NCBI GenBank assembly: GCA_031552185.1
Contig: JAVBMU010000024.1
Coordinates: 185 to 64,184 of the forward strand
Length of the DNA stretch: 64,000 bases
Source: Cellulomonadaceae bacterium
Lineage (GTDB): Bacteria; Actinomycetota; Actinomycetes; Actinomycetales; Cellulomonadaceae
Direction of reading: 5' to 3'
Part shown: positions 1 to 8,055 of the stretch, piece after piece
Numbering within the stretch: the first letter of the stretch is position 1
Layout: each line of letters opens with the position of its first letter
Notes under the pieces: generated by a model
What the model saw: only the letters and a program-made list of their open reading frames with translations
What the model was told of the DNA's origin: nothing
Database searches by the model: none
Program-made: the position numbers and the translations under genes

Positions 1-125
1 CGATGACACCGCGGGCACCAGGTGGCTTCCTGCTCAGATGCAGGTCTTGACAATCCACATCGAACCGGGCACCTGGTGCCCGCGCCGTCACACCCACCGA
101 ACCACCGATCCGCGCGATCTCTCTC

Positions 126-250
126 AGGCAGGGCAGCTCAGGCCCGGGCAGCTCAGGCCCGGGCAGCTCAGGCAGGGCAGCTCAGGCCCGGGCAACTCAG
201 GCCCGGACGGCCCGGGCCCGGGCAGCTCAGGCCCGGACGGCCCGGGCCAG
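126..250. repeat. Tandem array of a 15-bp unit GGGCAGCTCAGGCCC (about 6 copies) followed by GGACGGCCCGGGCCC-type variants
   Basis: Read directly at 126-250. Each junction creates the palindrome GCCCGGGC. The stop codon of the kinase gene (227-229) lies inside the last full unit. Confidence 0.8.
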
Positions 251-1180
251 GGCGCCGACGGCGGGGCCGGCGGGCAGTCGCAACCGCACGCTGGTCCCCT
301 CCCCCTGCCGGGATCGCAGCGCAACGGATCCGCCGTGCCGCTCGACGACGGCCCGGACCAGGGCGAGCCCCAGCCCCGACCCGGGGATTCCCCGCGCCGC
401 ACTCCCCCGCGAAAGCTCGTCGAAGACCGTGGCCTGCTCCGCCTCGGGGATGCCCATGCCGCAGTCCGCGATCTCGAGGGCCACCCAGCCGTCGTCGTCC
501 GAGCCGCGGAGCTCAAGCGGGGAACCGGCGGGCGAGTACTTCACCGCATTGGTGAGGACGTTATGCACCGCGAGGAACAGTAAATCCGGGTCGCCCGATA
601 CATGCGGCAACGGCCACGGGGCCTGCGGGAACGCGAACGTGACCGGCCGGTGATCGCCCTGCGCCGCCCGGTGCTGGACGACGTCGACCGCCGCCTCGCG
701 GCAGATCTGGGCGAGGTCGACGTCCTCCGCGTCGAGCGGGCGGGTTTCGAGTTCGGCGAGCTTGCGCAGTTCCCCCACAAGCGTGGCCAGACGCTGGGCC
801 TGGTTGTCGACGGCGGCCAGGTGCGGCGATCGCGCCGGGTCGCCCTCGGCCGCGATCGCCGCCCGGATCGCGGTCACCGGGTTCTTGAGTTCGTGGTCCA
901 GTCGGGCGAGAAAGCGGCGGTGCGTGGCGCGCTCCTGCGCTTGCCCCTCGGCAAGCGCGGCGCGCCGGGCGCCGGCCACCGACGCCGACCACAGGCCGGC
1001 CACAAGGAACGTCAGACCGACGACGCAGCCGGTGACCGCCGCGACGGCCGCAGGCGTGGTCGTCACGAGGAGCAAGAGGTCGGACTGAGTGACCGCGAGC
1101 AGGGCGCCGGCGAGGATACCGGCCCCCGCGCCGGCCGCGGCCGCGACCACCCACCGACGACGAATGTCGGCCGGCCTCAC
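227..1180 (-). CDS. Small sensor histidine kinase with two N-terminal TM helices and no obvious extracytoplasmic domain
   Basis: C-terminal 317 aa of ORF 227..1675. H-box 'FLARLDHELKNPVTAI', N-box 'HNVLTNAVKYSP', G-boxes 'IADCGMGIP' and 'GSGLGLALV'. Start set at GTG 1180, overlapping the regulator stop (GTGA). The rest of the ORF is Arg/Pro-rich read-through. Confidence 0.85.
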   Translation of the reverse strand: MRPADIRRRWVVAAAAGAGAGILAGALLAVTQSDLLLLVTTTPAAVAAVTGCVVGLTFLVAGLWSASVAGARRAALAEGQAQERATHRRFLARLDHELKNPVTAIRAAIAAEGDPARSPHLAAVDNQAQRLATLVGELRKLAELETRPLDAEDVDLAQICREAAVDVVQHRAAQGDHRPVTFAFPQAPWPLPHVSGDPDLLFLAVHNVLTNAVKYSPAGSPLELRGSDDDGWVALEIADCGMGIPEAEQATVFDELSRGSAARGIPGSGLGLALVRAVVERHGGSVALRSRQGEGTSVRLRLPAGPAVGALARAVRA

Positions 1181-1920
1181 CCCACGCCGCCGCGGTCGAC
1201 CTCGCCGCGGAACCGGTACCCCACTCCGGCCACGGTCTCGACGAATCGCGGCGCCGCGGCGTCGTCGGCGAGCACCCGGCGGATTTCGGCGACGCGATGG
1301 TCGACCGCGCGGGTCGTGACGGCGAAATCGAACCCCCACAGCGCGGTCAGCAGGTGCTCGCGCGTGTGCGCCTCGCCGGGGTGTGTCATCAGGTAGTCCA
1401 GCAGCATCGACGCCTTCGGGGTCAAGGTGACTTCCCGGCCGTCGAGCCAGGTGCGCCGCGCCGCCCGATCCAGGATGAGCGGGCCGCACCGCAGCCGGTC
1501 CGCCGCGGAGAGCGGCGGCCGGCCGGGCTCGGACCGTCGCAGCACCGCCCGCACCCGGGCCAGGAGCTCGGCCGGGTCGAAGGGCTTGCTGAGGTAGTCG
1601 TCCGCACCCTCGTTCAGCGCGGCGGATCGCTCGTGCGATTCGCCGATCTGGGTGAGCAGAATGACCGGCGTCCAATTCCGGGCGGCGCGCATTCGCCGGA
1701 CCAGTTCCCGACCGTCCACCCCGGGCATCAGCACGTCGGAGACGACGATGTCGATCCGTGTAGTGTCCAGGACCCGCAGCGCCGCCATGCCGTCCGCCGC
1801 GGTCACGACCGCGTAGCCGGAGCGAGCCAGAAAAGGCTCGAGCCCGGTCCGGATCGCCTCTTCATCGTCGACGAGGAGAAGCCGCGGGCGCGATGCGCAC
1901 GGCTCCGGATTCGGTGCCAT
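1177..1920 (-). CDS. OmpR/PhoB-family response regulator
   Basis: Last 247 aa of ORF 1177..2778. Receiver motifs 'LLLVDDEEAIR', 'VVSDVLMPGVDG', 'SKPFDP'. Winged-helix end 'TLTPKASMLLDYL...GVGYRF'. ATG at 1920. Confidence 0.9.
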   Translation of the reverse strand: MAPNPEPCASRPRLLLVDDEEAIRTGLEPFLARSGYAVVTAADGMAALRVLDTTRIDIVVSDVLMPGVDGRELVRRMRAARNWTPVILLTQIGESHERSAALNEGADDYLSKPFDPAELLARVRAVLRRSEPGRPPLSAADRLRCGPLILDRAARRTWLDGREVTLTPKASMLLDYLMTHPGEAHTREHLLTALWGFDFAVTTRAVDHRVAEIRRVLADDAAAPRFVETVAGVGYRFRGEVDRGGVG

Positions 1921-1940
1921 GGTCGCTCCCCTCCGTGGTG

Positions 1941-2573
1941 TCAGCGCGAGTGCAGTTCGTTGTTGACGCCCTGGTTCTGGACGACACTGGGCCGGCCAGT
2001 TCTCCAGGTGACCTTGTTGTTGGCGCCCGAGACCGAGACCGACGAGACGGACCGCGCATGAACCTCGTTGTTGGTGCCGGTTACGGTGAGGGTGCCGATC
2101 ACACCGGCGGTGACCTGCGCGTTGGCGGCCGAGACCTTGACCACGGCGCAGTCGGGCAAGTCCACCTCGGCGTTCACCTGGGTGATGAGCGCCGCACCGT
2201 CGGAACAGGACAGTTCGACCGCAGACCGGGGGCGGGGGCCGGAAGCAACGGAGTCGGCGCCGTCGCCCACTTTGACGCCGTCCGGGCCGATGGACACGTC
2301 GGCGCCGGCCCCCTCGCCGTCGCCCACTTTGACGCCGTCCGGGCCGAGCGACGCGCCATTGCCCTCGCCGTCGCCCACCTTGACGCCGTCCGGGCCGAGC
2401 GACGCGCCATTGCCCTCGCCGTCGCCCACCTTGACGCCGTCGGCTCCCAGCGAAACCGATGCGTCCTTCTTTGCCTCGCCCGCGTCGCCCCGCAGGGTAT
2501 CCAGCGAGCAACCGCTGACGGCCAGGACGACGCTGACGGCAAGTGCGCTCAGACTCGCAGTACGAATGTGCAT
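1941..2573 (-). CDS. Lipoprotein with Gly/Asp-rich 17-aa repeats and a DUF3060-like C-terminal domain
   Basis: ORF 1941..2630 trimmed to ATG 2573, preceded by GGAGG. Signal plus lipobox 'LAVSGC'. Repeats 'GPDGVKVGDGEGNGASL' x4. C-terminal 'C..G....V.G.NN.V' periodic pattern typical of DUF3060. Confidence 0.75.
   Translation of the reverse strand: MHIRTASLSALAVSVVLAVSGCSLDTLRGDAGEAKKDASVSLGADGVKVGDGEGNGASLGPDGVKVGDGEGNGASLGPDGVKVGDGEGAGADVSIGPDGVKVGDGADSVASGPRPRSAVELSCSDGAALITQVNAEVDLPDCAVVKVSAANAQVTAGVIGTLTVTGTNNEVHARSVSSVSVSGANNKVTWRTGRPSVVQNQGVNNELHSR
2255..2450 (-). repeat. In-frame 51-57 bp tandem repeats (4 copies) inside the DUF3060-like lipoprotein gene
   Basis: The motif GTCGCCCAC(C/T)TTGACGCCGTC recurs at 2262, 2319, 2370 and 2421. 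Confidence 0.85.
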
Positions 2574-2644
2574 GATTCCTCCGGTTGTCATGATGTCGGA
2601 TCGCCGGCCCGGCGGGATGAGACGTCCCACGACGGGCAGGCGGG

Positions 2645-3901
2645 TCAGAACGTGGGAACGAAGATCTCGACCCGGCGATTGAGCGCGCGTCCGGCCGGGT
2701 TGTCCTTGCCGTCCGCCTCGTTCGGGGCGACCGGTTTGGTCTCGCCGTAGCCGGTCGACTGGATGGTGGCCCGCACACCCTGGCTGCGCAATGCGCTCGC
2801 GACCGCCGCGGCTCGGCGTTCGGACAGGTCCAGATTAAAGCTGTCCGTGCCGATGGAGTCGGTGTGTCCGCCGATGAGCGCCTTGGGTGCTTCGAGGTCC
2901 GTGAGGGCCTGGGCGACCGAGCCCAGCACCTTGCCGGCCTCGGGCCGGATGTCGGCCTTGCCGAAGTCGAACAGGACGCCGTCGGATAACGTGATCGTCA
3001 CGCCGCACGACTTGACCGGCTGAAGCGTACCCATCGACGGGAATTTTCCGGCGTCGGGAACCGGAGCCAATGGCTCTGCCCGGACCGGATCGCCGTTGAC
3101 CAGGGCGGTTCCCTTGCCGTCATTCTTGATCGTGAGGGTGGGGTCGCTGTAACGACCCGACCCGTCGCCGTTGTTGACGATCGTGACGGTGGGGTCGCTG
3201 AACCGGCCCGAGCCGTCCCCGTTGATCACGATCGTGGTGGTCGGGTCGCTGTACCGGCCGGCGCCCTTGCCGTCGATCTGGACGGTGACGGTCGGGTCGC
3301 TGAACCGGCCCGAGCCGTCCCCGTTGACCAGGACCGTGGTGGTCGGGTCGCTGTACCGGCCCGAGCCGTCCCCGTTGACGACGACTGTGGTGGTCGGGTC
3401 GCTGTACCGGCCGGCGCCCTTGCCATCGTTCTCGATGGTCGTCGTCGGGTCGCGGAAGGTCGCCGCGCCATCCCCGACGACGACGGTCCCGCCGCCATTG
3501 CTGATGACCCGGCCTTCCCCGTCACACTTGGCCGCGGTGACCTGGAGCCCTTCGTAGCTGCCGATTTTGCGCTTGGTGTCGATGGCGAAGCCGGCCAGAG
3601 ACTCGTTCAACATGGACAGGTCAGGGATCACGAAGAGCGGGATCGGCGGAATCTCCCCGGGCCGGTATCCGCGCACGGTCGGCAGGTCGCTGGCCGGGTC
3701 CTCAGCGATCGGCGTCGACCCGCCCGCACCGGCTCCCGAACCCGTTGCAGAGTCGGCGCCCGGGCCGGATGCGGAGTCGGCCTGGTTCGCTTCTTTGTTG
3801 TTCGTTTCGCCGCCGATGCCGAGCGAACAAGCGCCGGTCATGGCGATGGCCACAAAGACGGCGGCGGCGCCGAACGGACGATGAGTGGAAGAAATCTGCA
3901 T
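2645..3901 (-). CDS. OmpA/MotB-domain lipoprotein with seven 17-aa repeats
   Basis: ORF 2645..3901. Lipobox 'MTGACS'. Repeats 'NGDGSGRYSDPTTTVxV'. C-terminal OmpA_C motifs 'GHTDSIGTDSFNLDLSERRA' and 'NRRVEI'. Confidence 0.85.
   Translation of the reverse strand: MQISSTHRPFGAAAVFVAIAMTGACSLGIGGETNNKEANQADSASGPGADSATGSGAGAGGSTPIAEDPASDLPTVRGYRPGEIPPIPLFVIPDLSMLNESLAGFAIDTKRKIGSYEGLQVTAAKCDGEGRVISNGGGTVVVGDGAATFRDPTTTIENDGKGAGRYSDPTTTVVVNGDGSGRYSDPTTTVLVNGDGSGRFSDPTVTVQIDGKGAGRYSDPTTTIVINGDGSGRFSDPTVTIVNNGDGSGRYSDPTLTIKNDGKGTALVNGDPVRAEPLAPVPDAGKFPSMGTLQPVKSCGVTITLSDGVLFDFGKADIRPEAGKVLGSVAQALTDLEAPKALIGGHTDSIGTDSFNLDLSERRAAAVASALRSQGVRATIQSTGYGETKPVAPNEADGKDNPAGRALNRRVEIFVPTF
3125..3480 (-). 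repeat. Seven in-frame copies of a 51-bp tandem repeat inside the OmpA-family gene
   Basis: GGGTCGCTG recurs at 3141, 3192, 3243, 3294, 3345, 3396 and 3447, an exact 51-bp period. Confidence 0.9.
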
Positions 3902-4016
3902 GCTCCGACCATAGGGCGCTGTTGATGCCCAAAGGCCTCAGAACCGACCCAAACCTGTCGCAGACCTGCGACAGTCGGGACCGGCCTGGCGACGGCCGTC
4001 TCAGAGGGTCGGCACG

Positions 4017-4165
4017 TTAGATCTCGACGCGGTCGGTTGAGCGCCCGCCCGGCCGGATTGTCCTTGCCGTTCGCCTTGGGCGTGACGGGTTCAACTCAGT
4101 GCGGGTGCGTTCGATATCTGCGCGGATCTCCTCCGGTTCGGTACTCGACCCCGAAGCGCGAGCAC
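4017..4165 (-). pseudogene. Chimeric gene remnant: a DUF3618-like N-terminus fused to a frameshifted 3' end of an OmpA-family gene
   Basis: 4018-4100 aligns by eye at about 75% with the 3' end of the OmpA gene (2655-2740), encoding '..KANGKDNPAGRALN' then, after a 1-nt shift, 'DRVEI*'. Upstream, 'STEPEEIRADIERTRTEL' resembles DUF3618 N-termini. No start codon is present. Confidence 0.45.
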
Positions 4166-4210
4166 CACCGCGATCAGCAACCAGACGGCCGGCCCGATGA
4201 GGGCGGACGG

Positions 4211-5764
4211 CTAGCGCCGCCGGAGCAGCGTCAGATGCATCGCGTCGGTGCCATGGACGTCCGGCCACAATTGCACGTCCATCCGCTCGCCCAGCGGCAT
4301 CTCGGCGCCGTCGCGAACGACCGCCCGGACGGCGGCCGGCGCGTCGAGGAGTTCGACGTCGTCGCGCCGCTTGAGGACGTCGGCGACCACGAGGCGAGTC
4401 TCGGCCAGGTGGGGCGAGCAGGTCACGTAACCCACCACGCCGCCGGGCCGGACGGCGTCGAGCGCCGAGGCCAGCAGCTCCCGCTGCAGGCCGGACAGCA
4501 CCGCGAGGTCGGCCGGGGTCCGCCGCCACCGGGACTCCGGCCGCCGGCGCAGGGCGCCGAGGCCCGTGCAGGGTGCGTCGAGCAGGACCCGGTCGTAGCC
4601 GGCCGGCTCGTCCATCCCGACGGCGCGGCCGTCGCCGACCCGGACCTCCGCCGCCGCCGGGAGGGCGGCCAGCGCGTTGCGGACCAGGTCCGCCCGGTGC
4701 GGTTGGACCTCGTTCGCCACCAGGCGGGCACCCCGTCCGACGGCGAGCGCGGCGAGCAGGGCGGCCTTGCCGCCCGGGCCTGCGCACAGGTCGAGCCACC
4801 GGTGGTCCGTGCCCTCAACCGGAACCGCCGCGAAGGCCAGCGTGACGAGTTGGCTGCCCTCGTCCTGGACCCCCGCCCGGCCGTCCCGAACGGACGCGAA
4901 CCAGCCCGGGTCGCCCGACTCCAGGACGTGCGCCGTCGGCGCCCACCGCCCCGGCGCAAGCGACGCGTCCCCGGCGAGCTCGGCCGGATCGACCAGGCCC
5001 GGGCGCGCGACCAGCGTGACCCGGGGCGCGGCATTGTCGGCGGCGAGCAGGGCGGGCAGGTCCGCCGCCTCGCGGCCCCCGGCGACGAGCGCGGCGCGCA
5101 GTGCGCGCACGATCCAGGCCGGGTGGCTCTCGACGGCGGCCAGCCGGGCGACCTCGTCCGGCGTCTCGGCGCCGATCACCGCGAGCCACTCATCCAGTGA
5201 CCGCTCGCTGACCCGGCGTAGGACGGCGTTGACGAACTGACCCGAACCGATGCCGGTCCGCGCCCGGGCCAGGCCCACCGTCTCCGAGAGCGCGGCGTGG
5301 GGCGGGACCCGCATGCCGAGGAGTTGGTGGGCGCCGAGTCGCATGATGTCGAGGACCGGCGCCTCGATCTGGTCCAGGGGGCGGTCCGCGCACCGGCTCA
5401 GCACGGCGTCGTATCGTCCGCGCAGGCGCAAGGTGCCGTAGGCGAGTTCGGTGGCGAAGCCGGCGTCCCGGCCGCGGACCCGGCGCTCGCGCAGCATCTG
5501 GGGCAGCACCAAGTTGGCGTACGCATCGGATGCGTCGACGGCGCGCAGGGTGTCGAAGGCCGCCATCCGGGCCGGGTCGGTCGCCCGCCGCCGCTCCCCC
5601 GGCGCCACGGCGGTGTGGTGGGCATCGCCGCGGGTGCGGGCGGCGCCGCGCTGGCGCCCGGACGCGTCGCGGCGGTCGCCGCCGCGGGGACCGTCAGCGC
5701 GGTCGCGGCGCGGGCCGTCGCCGCGACGGTCGCCGCGCCGCTCGCCGTCCCGTTGCCCGGTCAT
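4211..5764 (-). CDS. rsmB: 16S rRNA (cytosine967-C5)-methyltransferase RsmB/Sun
   Basis: Last 517 aa of ORF 4211..7489. NusB-like N-domain, SAM motif 'DLCAGPGGK', catalytic 'DAPCTGLG' and 'TCS'. The ATG at 5764 overlaps the fmt stop (ATGA). Confidence 0.9.
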   Translation of the reverse strand: MTGQRDGERRGDRRGDGPRRDRADGPRGGDRRDASGRQRGAARTRGDAHHTAVAPGERRRATDPARMAAFDTLRAVDASDAYANLVLPQMLRERRVRGRDAGFATELAYGTLRLRGRYDAVLSRCADRPLDQIEAPVLDIMRLGAHQLLGMRVPPHAALSETVGLARARTGIGSGQFVNAVLRRVSERSLDEWLAVIGAETPDEVARLAAVESHPAWIVRALRAALVAGGREAADLPALLAADNAAPRVTLVARPGLVDPAELAGDASLAPGRWAPTAHVLESGDPGWFASVRDGRAGVQDEGSQLVTLAFAAVPVEGTDHRWLDLCAGPGGKAALLAALAVGRGARLVANEVQPHRADLVRNALAALPAAAEVRVGDGRAVGMDEPAGYDRVLLDAPCTGLGALRRRPESRWRRTPADLAVLSGLQRELLASALDAVRPGGVVGYVTCSPHLAETRLVVADVLKRRDDVELLDAPAAVRAVVRDGAEMPLGERMDVQLWPDVHGTDAMHLTLLRRR

Positions 5765-6801
5765 GCGCCGGCCCCGCTCGGCGCCACTCCGCTCGACGCA
5801 ACATTTCCGGAAGCACCACCGCCGCAAGCACCCCGAACGGACGCACCACCAGCGGGCGTCGCCGCGCCGTTGATCGCGCCCAGCACGGCGTCGTCGGCCA
5901 AGCGCGCGCCGCGCGCCCAGTCCGCCGCCGCCATGTGCTTGCGGCCGGCCGCAGCCACGAGCCCCAGTTCGACGGCGTGCGACGCGGTACCGACGAGGAC
6001 GTCGCGCCTGCCCGCGCGAACCCGGCCGGGCGGGAGGTCGACGACGTCGGGCCGGGGCCGGACCGGGCCGAGGCCCAGCCGGGCGCCGTCGGGCAGGGTG
6101 GTCCACGCCCCGGGCACCGGGGTGCACCCGCGGATCAATCGATCCACCGCAAGCGCCGGGTGCTGCCAAACGACGCGGGCGTCGGCGTCCGTGAGCTTGG
6201 CGGCCGCGCTGACGCCGTCGCCCGGCTGCGGGATCGGCTGGGCGGAGCCGTCGGCGATCGCGTCGAGGGTGGCGAGCAGCAGGCCGGTGCCGCTGGTGGT
6301 CAGTCGATCCAGCAGGTCGCCCGCGGTGTCCCGCGGGCGGACCGTCTCGGTGGTGGCGCCGTAGACCGGCCCCTCGTCGAGTCCGGGGGTGATCCGGAAG
6401 GTCGTCGCCCCGGTGACCTGGTCCCCCGCGATGATGGCTCGCTGGACCGGGGCGGCGCCGCGCCATGCCGGCAGTACGGAGAAGTGCAGGTTGACCCAGC
6501 CGTGGGCGGGGATCGCGAGGACCTCCGGCCGCAGGATCTCGCCGTAGGCGACGGCGACGGCGCAGTCGGGCGCGAGGTCGCGCAGCCAGGCCTCGAAGTC
6601 CGTGCCGCGTGGGCGGTCGGTCCACACGGGCAGGCCGGCCGCCTCGGCGCGGGCCCGCACGGGGCTCGGGGCGAGCGTCCGGCCCCGGCCGGTGCGGGCA
6701 TCGGCCCTCGTCAGGGCGGCCACCACCGTGTGGTCGGAGTCGAGGAGGGCAGCCAGCACGCGGACCGAAACCTCGGGCGTGCCGGCGAAGAGCAGGCGCA
6801 T
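5761..6801 (-). CDS. fmt: Methionyl-tRNA formyltransferase
   Basis: ORF 5761..6801. '[10 protein letters not shown]', '[24 protein letters not shown]'. Confidence 0.95.
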   Translation of the reverse strand: MRLLFAGTPEVSVRVLAALLDSDHTVVAALTRADARTGRGRTLAPSPVRARAEAAGLPVWTDRPRGTDFEAWLRDLAPDCAVAVAYGEILRPEVLAIPAHGWVNLHFSVLPAWRGAAPVQRAIIAGDQVTGATTFRITPGLDEGPVYGATTETVRPRDTAGDLLDRLTTSGTGLLLATLDAIADGSAQPIPQPGDGVSAAAKLTDADARVVWQHPALAVDRLIRGCTPVPGAWTTLPDGARLGLGPVRPRPDVVDLPPGRVRAGRRDVLVGTASHAVELGLVAAAGRKHMAAADWARGARLADDAVLGAINGAATPAGGASVRGACGGGASGNVASSGVAPSGAGA

Positions 6802-6828
6802 GGTCGCGAGTGTAGCCGCGGGCGGGTG

Positions 6829-8055
6829 TCAGTCCCCGGCGAGCGCGGCCAGGAGGGCCGCGCGCGCATCGTCGAGCGGGATCCGCTCCTGCTCGATCCG
6901 CCGAAAGGCCGCCGGGCCGGCGGTCGCGACCGCCGCGTACGCCTCGGCCTCGGCCGCCGTGAGCCGGGTCAGGCGCGTGGCGGCCGGCCCGAGGCGGCGC
7001 CCATGGCGGTCGTGATCGACGCCGAACGCGGCGTAGCGCTGCAAATCCGCCACGTCCATCAGGATCGAGCGGACGGCCGCACCGGCGGCGCCGGGTGTCA
7101 CGGCGGCGAGGGCGCCGCGGAGCCCGTCGAGGATCGCATATCCGTCGCCATCCATGTCGCCCCAGTAGAACACCCGCGCGCCGCGCAGCCACGGCACCTC
7201 GGCGAGCAGGGCGGCGGCCGCTTTGCCCCCGCCCTCGACCACGATCGTCCCGGGCGCCGGCGGAAACCACAGTCGGCTGTCCCGGTTCTCGACCACCAGG
7301 ACGGCGTGCGGCCGGTACGCGATCTCGTGCCGGTCGCCGGTGGTCCAGGCGTCGTGCCGACGCCGGCCCGTCGCCAGGTAGTCCGGATCGACATAGGTGA
7401 GGTGGACGACGGCGGGTCGGGCCCGCAGCTCGGCCCGCAGATCCCGCCCGACGACGACGCGGAGCAGCCCGCCGTGGGCTTCGACCCACTTGGAGTCCAT
7501 CCCGGGCACCGGCAGTTGCCGAGCGGTCCAGCCGCCGAGGTCGGCGTGCTCAGCCAGCCAGGTCGCGGCGCGAATCAGGACGTCGACGTCGCGGTCGGCT
7601 TGCCGGTACGCCGCAGTGAGGACCGCCGGGGTGAGCGCGACCCGCGCCGCACGCAGCCGGGCGGCAACCGAGCGGGCCCGGTCGACGTCGACGGCCGGCC
7701 TCGGCCCACCGAGCCGATCGAGCAGCGCGACGGCTGCATCCAGGCCCTCGACGTGCAGCGCGAAAGGGACCGCCACCGGCACCCGGGCGAGGTTCACCGC
7801 TCGGTGCTCGAGCCGGACCCCGGGCAGATCGGCGCCGTCCAAGGCCCGCCAGGCGGCGCGCCAGGTGTTCCAGGCATCCAGCCCGACGCCGAGCACGGCG
7901 GTCTCGCCCGTGACGCCGGGCCGCAGCGGACAGGCGATCGGACGGTCCGGTTCGGCGCCGCCGAACACGGCGCAGATCAGTTCCGCCCAGCGCCGATCGA
8001 CGGCGGCCGCCACGCGCTCGGCGGCCTCCGCAGGCAGGACGAGTCGGGGACTCAT
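6829..8055 (-). CDS. jetD: Wadjet JetD-like protein (DUF3322/DUF2220-type, Toprim nuclease domain)
   Basis: Last 408 aa of ORF 6829..9234. Toprim-like 'LVVENRDS' and 'YWGDMDGDGYAIL'. The ATG at 8055 overlaps the jetC stop (ATGA). Last gene of the four-gene set. Confidence 0.85.
   Translation of the reverse strand: MSPRLVLPAEAAERVAAAVDRRWAELICAVFGGAEPDRPIACPLRPGVTGETAVLGVGLDAWNTWRAAWRALDGADLPGVRLEHRAVNLARVPVAVPFALHVEGLDAAVALLDRLGGPRPAVDVDRARSVAARLRAARVALTPAVLTAAYRQADRDVDVLIRAATWLAEHADLGGWTARQLPVPGMDSKWVEAHGGLLRVVVGRDLRAELRARPAVVHLTYVDPDYLATGRRRHDAWTTGDRHEIAYRPHAVLVVENRDSRLWFPPAPGTIVVEGGGKAAAALLAEVPWLRGARVFYWGDMDGDGYAILDGLRGALAAVTPGAAGAAVRSILMDVADLQRYAAFGVDHDRHGRRLGPAATRLTRLTAAEAEAYAAVATAGPAAFRRIEQERIPLDDARAALLAALAGD

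Noticed and set aside
1-125. Near-palindrome GGGCACC-T-GGTGCCC (68-82), a TTGACA hexamer (46-51), and a possible minus-strand gene start (GTG at 16-18 after AGGAAG)
   Set aside because: These lie too close to the window edge to interpret. No matching -10 element was found at proper spacing, and the putative CDS would contribute only 6 codons.
22-583. Plus- and minus-strand ORFs encoding 'GQLRPGQLRPG' or 'GPELPGPGPSGPELPG' collagen-like peptides
   Set aside because: They are generated by the 15-bp tandem repeat, which is open in several frames. They lack start context and partly overlap the kinase gene.
4211-7489. Very long minus-strand ORFs taken at face value (4211..7489, 6829..9234, 13716..16937, 40348..42474, 48984..50282, 58233..60746, 60110..61900)
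   Set aside because: Each is a real gene at its 3' end plus stop-free read-through across the upstream gene. Starts were reset using stop/start overlaps, SD sequences and the onset of conserved N-terminal motifs.
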